From contig CAWBHS010000072.1 of assembly GCA_963788655.1 (NCBI GenBank), positions 1 through 64,000 on the forward strand: a stretch of 64,000 nucleotides of DNA. Reading direction: 5' to 3'. The DNA is from an uncultured Verrucomicrobiae bacterium (lineage in GTDB: Bacteria > Verrucomicrobiota > Verrucomicrobiia > Limisphaerales > JAFGQR01). Made by a program: the position numbers and the translations under genes. The notes below the pieces were generated by a model that was not told the DNA's origin, ran no database searches, and was given only the letters and a program-made list of their open reading frames with translations. Positions 9,577-20,319 of the stretch are shown in pieces; the stretch's first letter is position 1; each line of letters begins with the position of its first letter.

Positions 9577-10999
9577 CTATTGAATGCTGCAAATGATCCG
9601 TTGATATGCCACGAGCGGCGGCGTGCCGTGGTCGGTCACTTCGAGAATGATGTGGACCTGTTTGCCCGGTTCGTTGGGTACGACAAAACTCGCCTGTTGG
9701 GCGCTGGCATTGCTGATCGTGACCTTGCCCTCCGCTGAGTCGGCTTCGTGGTATTGCCACCAAAGATAGCTTAGTTTGCTGCCATCCGGATCGCGGGACC
9801 CAGCGGCGTTGAGTTTTACGGTGGCGCCGGGCGCGGCGGTCAGGTCCCGCGCATGAGCGAGCACAGCTTCGGGAGCATGGTTGGCTTCTGCGTAAGGTTT
9901 CACGCACCAGTCAGCCCGCGCGGCGAAGTCGTTTAGCAGCGCATCAATCCAGCGCCAAATGGGCTTGAGATACGCGATCAGTTTCGCGTCGTTCGCAATT
10001 TCCTTCTTCAAGCGGTTACGTCCCCAGGCCGAACCCGTGTACCATCTGCCCTCGGGGTATTGGTAACCCGGCTCAGTCACCGGATCGAGCCAGATGTTGT
10101 CGCGGACTCTGACATAGCGTCCGCCCCAACCGCCCCAATCGGGCGATTCCATGCTTCGCAATCCGTTCGGTATGGTGTGCAAGAATGCGGGTGAGTCGCC
10201 CTCGGACCGAAAGTCCCCTTCGTCAAATCCTTTGTCACCATTTTTATGGGCTTTATACAATGCGCACAATGGGCCGTGATTTTCGAGGATGTTGGCCTTC
10301 ATCCACGATCCAACCAGGTAGGCCTGCTTGTCTGCGGGCAGATACTTCTTCCAGTGGTAGAAGATGGCAATGAACTGGTCGGAGATGATGGTCGGGATGT
10401 TATACTTTCCCCAATGCGGACGGATGTAGCGCTGATAAGTGTTGTCTTGCTCCCAGATAAAGAAGAAACGGATTTTTTTCGCGACCTCCGCCATTCTGTT
10501 CCGGATGCTGTTCCTCAATGGTCTTCAACGCGCGGGCGATGGTGTTGGGTCCGCCCCAGGCCTGAATCCAAATTGGGCGTTTGTCTGAATCGTCCAACAA
10601 GACCTTGACGATGTGCTGCGAACCTGCCGTGACCTCGTTCATTTCCCCCTCGGCTTTCACATTGCCCAACCGCGTTCGCGCCCGCAGATAATCCGGCGTG
10701 GGATAACGGGAGTCGTGCTTGATGAGATTCGGATAAACTTTGGCGTAAGCCTCCAAATACGGCTCCGCCCAGTCGTCGCCGGCCCAGTTGTGCCCGTGCG
10801 AGTGGTATTGGGAACTCGAAGTAATGATTCCTTCGATGTCCCATTCATTCGCGTAGAGAAGAAACCGAACCAGGGAACACTCGTCGTCGATCTCGCCGTC
10901 ACTGGTGACAATTACGCGCGGCTTTTCGGCGGCGGTCAACGGAGAACAAACACCCGCCGCGGCGGTAGCCAGCAAAAGGAACATCAATAGGTTTTTCAT
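9577..10999 (-). CDS. DUF1593 secreted protein with C-terminal Ig-like domain (one frameshift near 10495)
   Basis: RVIVTSDGEIDDECSLVRFLLYANE, WGGPNT in one frame; SEGDSPAF, WGGWGGRY, DFAARADW, ANHAP in the next. Confidence 0.82.
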
Positions 11000-11016
11000 A
11001 GTGCGATTTGGTTGGT

Positions 11017-13615
11017 CTATCGTTCGATGCGAATGACGAAGTACGGCGGCCGTTCCTCCCATGATGGGTGGAGCGTCCCTCCGCCCTTAATGCGCGCCTC
11101 CAGATAATACAGCATGTCATACTGAGGAGTCATTGCGGTGGCTGGGATCAACGCCCGATAGTTACCGTCGGCATCTTCGGTCATCGTAACTCGGACCCAG
11201 TCTGCCGTCTGATCCATCCGTCGATACCAGAGATAGACACCCCGCAACGGCTGATCGCTGATCACGCGCGCCTGAATTGACAGGTCTTTCTGCCCATCGG
11301 CCGATAGCACCGGGCGATGCGAGATGACGGGCGGATCGCGAGGAGGAATTTCGCCGGGGAACACCGTGTAGTCGGCAACCGGATCTTTGTGCTTTGCAAT
11401 GAGCTGTTCGATGTAGGCAACATCGGCGCGGACTTCCGGCAATCGATCCTTCCAGTGTCCGGCGTGTGCGTTGAAGCCAAAAACAAGATTGTCGTGATAG
11501 ACACCGTCGGTCAGGCGCACGATCTGTTCCCATGCCTTAGCCGCGCTTTTGATGTGGCGGCGCGCCATCACCAGACGGCCCGGCTCGGCAGTCTGGTGGT
11601 AAAACTCGAGGTGCGTCGCCGCGAGTAGCTTTTCAGCGTGGTAGTGGGCCAGATGCGCCAGGACCTGCATATCCAGCACCGTGCTTCGCAACTCGGTGTG
11701 ATCCCCGATGTCACCCTTTTGCCGGGCATCTCGTACGTGATTGAGTGTTGCATCGGCGAGCGCGCGCAACCGGCGGCTGACTTGAATGGGCGTCCATTTG
11801 GCCTCGACCTGATCGGCCATCGCTTCTTCGACGAAGCCGTTGCGCTCGGACTTCCAAGCTTCGGCAGTCCATTGCTCATTCTTGCGCCACCGGCGAATGG
11901 CGTAGAACTGCCCGTAGTCGCTAGGCTGTATTGAGGCGTATGCCTCCAGCGGGAGGCAGGTTGACATCTCGGGCCAGAATCGCCATTCACTCGCGCTGAG
12001 CTGCCGCGTGGCCGTGATCAACGGCAGGATCTGGCTGGCCTCGCGATAGGCCCCTTCGACCGCTCCAGCCGCATCGCCGAATCGAGCCGCGAACTCGCGC
12101 CGCCAGGTCGAAGCGTCTTCCATTGGATCGTAGCCCAAACGGCCGAACACGAGATAATAGAACCAGTAACGTTCGTATTCCCACTGGTAGTGCTCATACG
12201 AACGGTCGCTGAAAATCCGCCAGTGGCCGGGGGCGTTTCCAAAGCCCTTGTTCGATAGGGGCATGAAGATTTCAAAACCTTCGCCGTCGCCCATGAGACA
12301 GCTTTCAGCGAATCGTGCCGCGTACTGCGGGTCGCCCCACAACAGCAGGCGGCTGGTGCCAACGTTCCACAGCCGGTACCGCACACGGTAGTTGCGCGGA
12401 TACCGCAGCATCGTTCCATACCCATATCGGTTGGCGCTGTAGTTTCCATCCTCGGCCGTGGGGTGAAACGGCAGCCCCATGTGCTCGCACCAGAATTTGG
12501 TCGAGACGGTGACGTCAAGGCCCGTTGCGACGGCTTGGTCGATGGTTTCCTGGGCCAGTTCCTTGTATCGAAGATCGACTCGCACTGGCGGTTCACAATT
12601 CCGGATGGCATCGAATTGTGCCTGAAAGTATTGCCGTTGCTGCGAATCGGGTATGCCGCTTTCATCGTTCATGCGGAACTGCACACCGCGGATTGCGGGG
12701 CACTCCTTGAGCAGCAACGCCAGCGCCTTTGCGCAATAGTCCTGAGCCGCTCCACCAGAAGGGAAATTCCGCAACAATGTCTCGCCGTAATCATCGCCCG
12801 TCCCTTGAACGGGTCGCTGCGACCACAGGCCGAACGTGAAATCGATTCCATGATCGCTCGCAATCTGAGCGATTCGCTTGAACATCTGTAGATTTTTCTC
12901 GCGCTGCTCGCCCGAAAGCCCCTTCACGTGGACCGACGGGTAACCGGGCACGTCCAGCAGCCACGGGTAAACGGGCGTTTTGTAATTGGTCTGATGGCCG
13001 AACGTTAGGGAGTAGTTGTTGAAACGATGGAGCGCCAAGTGCTCGAAATACTCGTGCCAGAACGACTCGTTGAAGTACCACGGACGCTCGACGTCGTCGT
13101 TGAAGATTTGCGTCGTCACGCTGCGGTGCCGCAGGAAGGGCGACTGGTGGGTTTCTCGGATCATGTCCAGCAATCTAACATCCTCGCTGGCAAGCTCGAT
13201 TTGCCGGGCGATATCAAGCAGTGCATACGCCATGCCGCGGGCATCTCGACCGGCAATCAGCACACGTTGGGGCGAAACGTCCGTATCCCGGTGGACAAGC
13301 AGCGATTCGGGCAGTTCAGGCAGGACCTGCGGGCACTTCTCCAGTAGCCGATCAACAATCGCCGACTGCCCCGCGATGCCGACGACGAAAGCCAACCCCC
13401 GACCGTCACGCGGCAGTGAGCGGGCCGTCACCACGGCCTGTTGTTTGTTTTGGAGCGCCGCCGTGAGTCGCCTCAAGGCGTGCTCGACGGGACGTGGCGC
13501 GATCGGAGTCGCGCACAATGGTCACGTTTCCCGCCGCCGCGCACGTGCTGACGATGAACAGGTGCAATACTGTCACGCTGGCCCGAGCCATCCTGGTGAG
13601 CTTCGATGCAGCCAT
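11017..13615 (-). CDS. Uncharacterised glycoside-hydrolase-like secreted protein (signal peptide in a different frame, frameshift near 13510)
   Basis: 833-aa ORF with GH20/GH67-type N-domain (ESLLV...IAGRDARGMAYALLD), barrel-like core, C-terminal Ig-like domain; hydrophobic leader in ORF 13406..13654. Confidence 0.6.
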
Positions 13616-13657
13616 AGCGCGGCATTCTAAAGCGATTTTGATTTCGTCTCTCAATTC

Positions 13658-15046
13658 CTATTTGAGTGTATTGACGTTGCTTTCCGGCCTGGTGTAATCC
13701 ACGAACACCGTCGGGTCGGTGCCGTTCAAATACTCTTCGAGATTCGTGTAGCCGTCCTGGTCTTTATCCCGCGAATTGTCGCCGGCGCTTTTCGGATCGA
13801 ATCCATACTTGCCCTCCCACTCATCGGGCATGCCGTCGCTGTCCGAATCCTGTGGCACCTTCGCAGATTGCAGCTTTGGCCAACCGCCAACGTCCTCCGG
13901 CTTGTCGATAATTCCGTTTTTCCCATAGGTCGCGGTGCCATGGCGAACTTCCTCGATGATGCGGGCATCGATCGCATCCCGCTTGGGCAACGAACAGCCT
14001 GCATGGTCAAGGACCGCCCAATACGCAGCCTTCGGGGATTGCTGATGGATGGACATCGCCTCCCACGGCTCCGCCAACTTGGTGAAAGAATTGCCATCCA
14101 CGCCCAGCCAGTTGTCAGCGGTCACTTCGGGCGAACTGTCAACATAGTTACCTGCCACATACCAACTGCCCTGATCATTACCGCCACGGGACGAAGGCTT
14201 CGCAATGTGAGCCCTCACGTTGCTTCGGGTGGCGGGCCCAGGCTTATAATAGTTGGCCACCATGTTGATTGTCGAGAATTCGATTGGAGGTTTTCGCCGA
14301 TCGCCCTTCTGGAGTGCTTCTGCACCGTAACAACTTTCATAACCCCAATTGTACAGCACGTTGTTTCGGTAATCGTTGTACCCGCAACCCGACGCCCAAC
14401 GCGGATTGCGGCTGTCATTGTGCGCGATCAGGTTGTGGTGATAAGTGCTGTACTGGTTTCCCCAGATGCCACCAAAACGATGGGATCCATCCGGCCGGGC
14501 GCACGCTTCGGTGATCATGCACCATTGAATCGTGACGTGTTCATTGTGGTACAGGGAAAACACTTCATCCGTGCTCCAACTGGCGGACACGTGATCCACG
14601 ATGATGTTCTTTTTGTATCGTCCGCCGAGAGCGTCACCATCATGGTCCGTTCTCACCCGGATATACCGAATGACGACATCATTGGCATCAATGCCAAGGC
14701 TGCCTTTGATCGTGATTCCCTCTCCCGGTGCGGTCTGTCCGGCGATGGTGATGCGATCCTTCCTGATTCTCACATTTCCATCGATTGTTCCCGCCACCTT
14801 GAAGACGACAATCCGTGGCCCCTCGGCATCACAAGCTGCCTGAAAGCTGCCCGGACCCGAGTCTTTGAGATTGGTCACGGCAATCACGTTTCCGCCCCGG
14901 CCGCCGCGCGTCAGTGATCCGTAGCCCTCGGCGCCAGGGAACGCAGGGATGCCGGTGGTCGATGGGGCGGCGGTGGCGATGGAACTGAAGGCCGTCAATC
15001 CGCCAAGTGTGAGCTGAGTCATTAGGTTCGTTCTGGTCTTTTTCAT
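13658..15046 (-). CDS. Pectate lyase (PL1-like) with C-terminal Ca-binding DxDxDG repeats
   Basis: PAFPGAEGYG..TRGGRGG, VTNLKDSGPGS, TIAGQTAPG, IIVDHVSASWSTDE, HNDSRNPR, DSDSDGMPDEWE, DKDQDGYTNLEEYLN. Confidence 0.9.
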   Translation of the reverse strand: MKKTRTNLMTQLTLGGLTAFSSIATAAPSTTGIPAFPGAEGYGSLTRGGRGGNVIAVTNLKDSGPGSFQAACDAEGPRIVVFKVAGTIDGNVRIRKDRITIAGQTAPGEGITIKGSLGIDANDVVIRYIRVRTDHDGDALGGRYKKNIIVDHVSASWSTDEVFSLYHNEHVTIQWCMITEACARPDGSHRFGGIWGNQYSTYHHNLIAHNDSRNPRWASGCGYNDYRNNVLYNWGYESCYGAEALQKGDRRKPPIEFSTINMVANYYKPGPATRSNVRAHIAKPSSRGGNDQGSWYVAGNYVDSSPEVTADNWLGVDGNSFTKLAEPWEAMSIHQQSPKAAYWAVLDHAGCSLPKRDAIDARIIEEVRHGTATYGKNGIIDKPEDVGGWPKLQSAKVPQDSDSDGMPDEWEGKYGFDPKSAGDNSRDKDQDGYTNLEEYLNGTDPTVFVDYTRPESNVNTLK

Positions 15047-15120
15047 GTTGGTAATGGTATCTGCAACTTTCCAGCAATTCTCCCTTAATACTGACGATTA
15101 CTCACGGTATGCTAAGATGC

Positions 15121-15988
15121 ATGAAGCGATTCGACCGGACTCGGCCTGAGTTTTCGCCCTACGGGTTCACTTGCGAGATGTGGACGCCCACCCGCATGCC
15201 GCGACCGGACAAACACAATGAGATTGAATTTAATTTGCTCAAAACCGGTTCGCTAACCTATCTGCTCGGAGGACACCGCATCACCATTGAGGCGGGACGA
15301 CTTGCCGTATTCTGGGCGGCGATTCCCCACCAGATCGTGGCCTTCGAGGGCGAGGAGCCTGTACTTCGTTGTGACGCTGCCATTGAGCGAGTTCCTGGCA
15401 GTTGGGCTCGAATTGGCAATGGTCCATCGCATACTGGAAGGCGAACTGGTGATCGATACCGCCATCGACGCCGGCGATGAATTAAAGTTCCAGCGATGGG
15501 AGCGAGACCTTCAGGAGGATGATCCGGTATGTGACCGCGCCGTGAACCTGGAAGTCCAGGCTCGGCTGCTGCGACTATCCCGGGTGATAGCGAAGCGTCC
15601 AACCGTCCGGCCTCCCGATCCCACGCTGTCCCGAGCCGATCAACTTGCCTGCTACATTGCTCGCAATTATCAGGAACCGCTCACAGTCCAGACCATTGCC
15701 GAAAGCAACGGCCTGCATCCAAATTACGCCATGAATCTTTTCCGCCGGGCGTTCGGCACGACGATGACGACGTTTATCACGCGGCACCGGATTTCGCATG
15801 CCCAAAGGTTGCTGGTCACCACGGGTGACGCAATCCTCGACGTGGCGCTGGCGGCCGGATTTCAAAGTCTCAGCCGCTTCAACGAAGCCTTCAAAACAGC
15901 CTGCAGTTGCTCACCGCGCGAATACCGCAAGGCACATCGCGGCGAAAGTGGCCGGGGGCGATGCAGTAGGAACAGCAAACACCGGTAA
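15121..15988 (+). CDS. AraC-family (MelR-like) transcriptional regulator (frameshift near 15358)
   Basis: Cupin HNEIEFN...FWAAIPHQ; HTH LHPNYAMNLFRRAFG...VALAAGFQSLSRFNEAFK; divergent from the pectate lyase cluster. Confidence 0.88.
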
Positions 15989-16096
15989 TACTAACCACCG
16001 ACCGAGCGGAGCGTCACGCTTTTGGAGGAGGAACTGACGCCAGCGGACACGTGTCTGAATTGCAGGCTGGCCATCGCTGACAGTACGGGACTTGGC

Positions 16097-16438
16097 TTAA
16101 TCAGCTCGTGGAGTTAATTTTTCCCGAATCGTTTCCTGCCTGGTAAAGCGAACCGGCCTTTCGTAGCTTTTCCCTTCGGCCAGACCGTTGAAGAAGCGGA
16201 AGTTCTCGACCTGCTTTTTTACCTCCTGGGCTTGGGAGGCGGGGATTCGTTGGGAGCACTTGTGGCCCTTAAAGAAGCACTGCAGGACGAAGTAAGGGCC
16301 AGACTGGACTGGTTTGCCACCGCGCCGGGTTTTGAAAAACTGGCGACTGAGTGAACCGCGTCGCAAGTGGTCGATCTGTTTCATACGTTCGAGAACGGCG
16401 TCGCGCTGGGAACGGAGAGCTGGAATTGAATCAGGCAT
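16097..16438 (-). mobile_element. DUF6788-like IS accessory ORF, orphan remnant with no transposase following
   Basis: RRGSLSRQF...GPYFVLQ...SQRIP...QVENFRFF resembles the small ORFs found upstream of some IS transposases; C-terminus looks unrelated or truncated. Confidence 0.55.
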
Positions 16439-16582
16439 GTCTCTACTTGCATCCATACAGATACAATTGCGTAACTCTAAAAAAGCACGCGGTGTAAGCG
16501 CGCCACGTTCAGGTGACTTTTTTGTCATGCGCCCATTGTTCGGCGGGCTTGCATGTGAGGTGGATTCGGCTAACTTTGCCAG

Positions 16583-17887
16583 ATGAAACTTCTGGCTCTG
16601 TTGCTCATCGGGGGGATGGGCTGTTGTCTTAGCATGGCGACCGACGACTTCCGTTTGAACTCCGCTGATTCTGGCGGAACCATCACTTGGTCCGGTGCCT
16701 ATACCGCGGGCGTTTGTACCGTGGAAACCGCGGCCACTCCGGCTGGCCCGTGGGTTCCCCGCGCGAGTTACTTCACGTCGAACGCGCTGGGGAGCGCGCA
16801 CGTTGACTTGTCCCCGAGCAACACGTTCTGCCGGTTGCTCTCGGTGGATCTCTCGACGAACGCGCCGCTTCACTACACGAACTTGCTCCACTCCTACGGC
16901 CTCCTCGAAACGGTGGCGGGGAAGGGCGAATTCAACAGCGACGTGAGTCATTGGCAACCCGGCTATGAGGGCGAGTGGGCGACGAACGTGAATTTGTCCC
17001 GGCCGCATGTCGCCTTTGGTGATCGTTGGGGCAATGTCCTGATCGTGGACCAACGGAGTTCTGCCGTGCTGAAGGTCACTCCGGCCGGCCGGCTCTACAC
17101 CTACGCCGGCACGCATCTGGCGGGATTCAACACCAATACCGGGTGGGCAACCAATGTGGACTTGAATAATCCCAACGGAGGCTGGTTGCGCGACGACGGC
17201 AACTTTTACATTTTGGACACCGACAACGGCAAGGTGCGCAAAGTGGACACCAACGGTTGGTTGACCACCCTGTTCACCACCGCACCGATGGGCGATGGGC
17301 GTGCGTTTTGGATCAGCCGCGACGAATCGTTGGTCTATTTCGGATCGGGCGCCAGTACCGCCAACACGTTGAACCAATGGACCCCGACCGGCGGGGTCAG
17401 TGTCGTGCGCACCGGCTTTGGCGACATGGGCAACATCCTTGGCGACGAGCAGACGGGTGACCTTTACATCAGCGACCGCAATGCCTATCGGGTATATCGC
17501 ATGGACACGAATGGGAACCTGACGACCATCGCGGGCGACGGCACGGCGTCCGGCCACGGTGGGGAAGGGTATCCGGCGGTGGCGAGCAGCTTGAACCTGC
17601 CACGTTCGGTTTGGTTCATCTCCAATGGCGGATTCTTCATCGGCGAACACAGTCCCGGAAACCGCGTTTGGTATGTCGATCCGGCGGGCATTCTCCATCG
17701 GTGGCTCAATGGCAACACCGCCAACAATCAACGCGTGGGCGATGGCCAGTGGTTCTATGCCAATCCCAACGACGCCAAAGTCTCACGAGTTCGCGCGGTC
17801 AATACCGATCCCTTTGGCAATCTGATCATCACGGAGAGCAACTACGGCTACGTGCGCCGCATCCGGTTCCAGCGGTTGACGCCGTAG
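16583..17887 (+). CDS. Secreted NHL-repeat beta-propeller protein
   Basis: Signal peptide; repeats LSRPHVAFGD, LNNPNG, FYILDTDNGKVRKVD, LYISDRNAYRVYRMD, GNLIITESNYGYVRRI. Confidence 0.85.
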   Translation: MKLLALLLIGGMGCCLSMATDDFRLNSADSGGTITWSGAYTAGVCTVETAATPAGPWVPRASYFTSNALGSAHVDLSPSNTFCRLLSVDLSTNAPLHYTNLLHSYGLLETVAGKGEFNSDVSHWQPGYEGEWATNVNLSRPHVAFGDRWGNVLIVDQRSSAVLKVTPAGRLYTYAGTHLAGFNTNTGWATNVDLNNPNGGWLRDDGNFYILDTDNGKVRKVDTNGWLTTLFTTAPMGDGRAFWISRDESLVYFGSGASTANTLNQWTPTGGVSVVRTGFGDMGNILGDEQTGDLYISDRNAYRVYRMDTNGNLTTIAGDGTASGHGGEGYPAVASSLNLPRSVWFISNGGFFIGEHSPGNRVWYVDPAGILHRWLNGNTANNQRVGDGQWFYANPNDAKVSRVRAVNTDPFGNLIITESNYGYVRRIRFQRLTP

Positions 17888-18007
17888 AACGTGTTTGGAA
17901 AGCCCGTCAACCTGTAGCCACCGACGTTAGGAAGTGGACCTTTTGCCCAATTGCCGCCAGCAAATCCGCCTCCTCACGTCGGCGACTACCCGCTTGAAAC
18001 ACGCTCT
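17886..18007. mobile_element. Short MITE-like element with GTAG REP doublet
   Basis: Terminal IR AGAACGTGTTT...AAACACGCTCT; core GTAGCCACCGACGTTAGGAAGTGGA...TCCGCCTCCTCACGTCGGCGACTAC (17914-17989). Confidence 0.65.
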
Positions 18008-18008
18008 T

Positions 18009-18204
18009 GGCCGTATCCATTCAGTAGCTGGAGCAGCGATGACGCGATTCGGCGCGGTAGGACAGGCGTCTCGCCGGTATCGAAGAGCCAAGCACATCCT
18101 CACTTGTTGGTGACCTGGAGAGTCTTCCTACGCCGCGGTGCCAATCGATGGTTGGCAGTCGTTCGAGACAGGCGGGACGCCTATCCTACGGAACAGTCAC
18201 GGCT
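18009..18204. mobile_element. ~195-bp MITE-like element, copy B, with GTAGGACAGGCG-type REP doublet
   Basis: Colinear with 63793-63988; ends GGCCGTATCCATTCAGTAG...GAACAGTCACGGCT. Confidence 0.75.
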
Positions 18205-18219
18205 TAGCCATAATAGCTC

Positions 18220-19452
18220 TTACGCCCGTTGCCACAAGGATTGGAAATACTTCCCGCTCACACTTAAAGAACCATCGGGCTTCACCAGCCAGAAACCGCG
18301 CAAATAATCGGGATTGGTGATTGGCGTCTTCACGTCTTGGGGTGCGCGGCGGCTGATTTCATTGCAGTAGAGTTCCCAATGGACGATGTAATTCGCCTCC
18401 GCCGCCAGCATCACGCCCATCCACTCGTCCCAACGCTCGGCCAGGCGTTGCGGTTGCTCGTTTTCCGGCACTCCGATTTCGCCGACGTAAACCGCCCGCG
18501 GACCAAACAGCGATCCCGTACGGGCGTGCTGACGAATTTCCTGCAAGCACCTCCATAACGTCAAGGAGTCCTTCATGCCATCGTAACTGCTGTACGACAC
18601 GAGGTCCAATTCGACCTGCGGCAGGACGTGCTCGGTCATCGTGGGAATGCCCTTCCACAAATCGGTGACCCGATTTACCTCAGCGGCGTGCGCGACGCGG
18701 CACCTCGCACCAGTGCCGAATTCAGCTCGCGCTTTAGTGACGCCGGACTGCCGGGCGGCCAGCCAGCGTTGCATCCATTCGCAGCGGGCTTTCCAATCCT
18801 TGGGCGGCGGATTCCACAATTCGCCCCCGCGCCCGCGCAGCAACCAGTCGCCTTCCCAATGCTGGAGCACAATGGTGAAGTCGCGTTCGCGATACGTGCG
18901 ATACAAGTGCGTGGTCAGCTCGTAAAACTCTCGCGTGACGCCGGCATAAAATTCGTCGGACAGCCCTGCCCGTTTCCAGCCGCTTTCCACCGGCGTGTGC
19001 GCTTCAAAAATCAAGGTTTTGAACGGCAGCGCAAACAACCACTGGAAATACTCTGACTTCACCAAGTCCACGAAAGTTTGGTATTCGCCCCATTGGCTGT
19101 TGAACGGATAGCTCCGCGCCACGCCTTTGGGTTCCAGCCAGAACTTGCCCAACCGCGTGCCCAGCGCGAGCAGCTTCTCCGCGCCTTCCAGGAGAAATGG
19201 TTGGTCGGTCAGATGGTATTTGCCAGCAACGTGCGTGGCCCCAACGCGTGCGTTGAAATCCGCCGGCAATCGCTTGAGCCGCGTGGGGCGGTGGGCTTCG
19301 ATCAATTCCAGAACCTTGGCCTGATCGGCTTGGTTTGCTGTCTGGGATGCAGTTGGTGTTTGGGCGAAGACCTGGGAAACGCTGCTGGCTCCGGCCGTGA
19401 ACAGGGACAGTTGCCGGCAGAAGTTCCGACGATTGATTGGGCGGGAAAACAT
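18220..19452 (-). CDS. Tat-exported hypothetical protein, possible clan GH-A-like TIM barrel
   Basis: MFSRPINRRNFC Tat leader; QHWEGDW and VYVGEIG motifs. Confidence 0.65.
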   Translation of the reverse strand: MFSRPINRRNFCRQLSLFTAGASSVSQVFAQTPTASQTANQADQAKVLELIEAHRPTRLKRLPADFNARVGATHVAGKYHLTDQPFLLEGAEKLLALGTRLGKFWLEPKGVARSYPFNSQWGEYQTFVDLVKSEYFQWLFALPFKTLIFEAHTPVESGWKRAGLSDEFYAGVTREFYELTTHLYRTYRERDFTIVLQHWEGDWLLRGRGGELWNPPPKDWKARCEWMQRWLAARQSGVTKARAEFGTGARCRVAHAAEVNRVTDLWKGIPTMTEHVLPQVELDLVSYSSYDGMKDSLTLWRCLQEIRQHARTGSLFGPRAVYVGEIGVPENEQPQRLAERWDEWMGVMLAAEANYIVHWELYCNEISRRAPQDVKTPITNPDYLRGFWLVKPDGSLSVSGKYFQSLWQRA

Positions 19453-19484
19453 TTTCTTTGGGCCGGGCAGGCGGCAACGCTTGG

Positions 19485-19931
19485 CTAGGCCGGTAGATCC
19501 TTGCCGGTGCTGGTCACGGTCAGTTTGCCGTGCTTGACCCCTTTGGCGGCAATCAGTTCGTCCGCGATTTGTTGGATGATGCGGGCCGGGCCGCGCACCA
19601 CCAGCACCTCCAGACAATTATGGTGGTCCAAATGAACGTGAACCGTCGATATGATGGCTTCGTAGTGGTCGTGCTGGATGTTGGTCAGCGTTTCCTGGAC
19701 GTGTTGCTTGTGGTGGTCATACACCAGCGTGATCGTGCCGGCGATTTCGTCGGTGCCGAATTCCTGCCGATGTTCCACCAACCGCGCGCGAATCATATCA
19801 GCAATCGCCAGCGACCGGTTGTCGTAACTCTTTTCCCGCGTCATCTTGTCCAATTGTTTGAGCAGCTTCTCGGGTAGGGACACACTGAAGCGAGCCACTT
19901 TGTCTTTTTGCGCAGCCATCTTGAGAGGCAT
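19485..19931 (-). CDS. nikR: Nickel-responsive transcriptional regulator NikR
   Basis: RHH RFSVSL...YDNRSLAIADMIR; GTITLVYDHH, HVHLDHHNCLEV, KGVKHGKL. Confidence 0.95.
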   Translation of the reverse strand: MPLKMAAQKDKVARFSVSLPEKLLKQLDKMTREKSYDNRSLAIADMIRARLVEHRQEFGTDEIAGTITLVYDHHKQHVQETLTNIQHDHYEAIISTVHVHLDHHNCLEVLVVRGPARIIQQIADELIAAKGVKHGKLTVTSTGKDLPA

Positions 19932-20319
19932 CGTAATGCCACCAGCAACGCTGTCAAATCGGGATGTGCCGGTGGAGCGGTATGGCGACCAACCGCCGGG
20001 CGACAAGAATGTGGTGGTTCTTGGACTGCTGCTTGGCCGCACCGCGAAGATCTGAGACGCTCCCGCACGGACGCGGCGCGGACGTAAAGGAGTCCGGAAC
20101 TGGTCCAAGAACCTTGGCGTTGACTTGGTAAGCGATCACTTGCGCCGCAAGTGGCCCGCTTAAGGAAGAAACCACTGGAAATTCTCATCGAAAACTCGCG
20201 ACCGTGTTTTACCATTTTTTGCGCTTGCATGGCGGTTTTCAAACCCGCAGATTAACGGCCAGCGTTTTCGAGAAAGACCGTGCCAATCAGCATTTCACCA
20301 TGGCCTTTCAAGATGCGGC

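Noticed and set aside
16439..17731. 544-aa minus-strand ORF 16097..17731
   Set aside because: Mostly the antisense shadow of the NHL gene; only the last ~113 aa look like a real protein.
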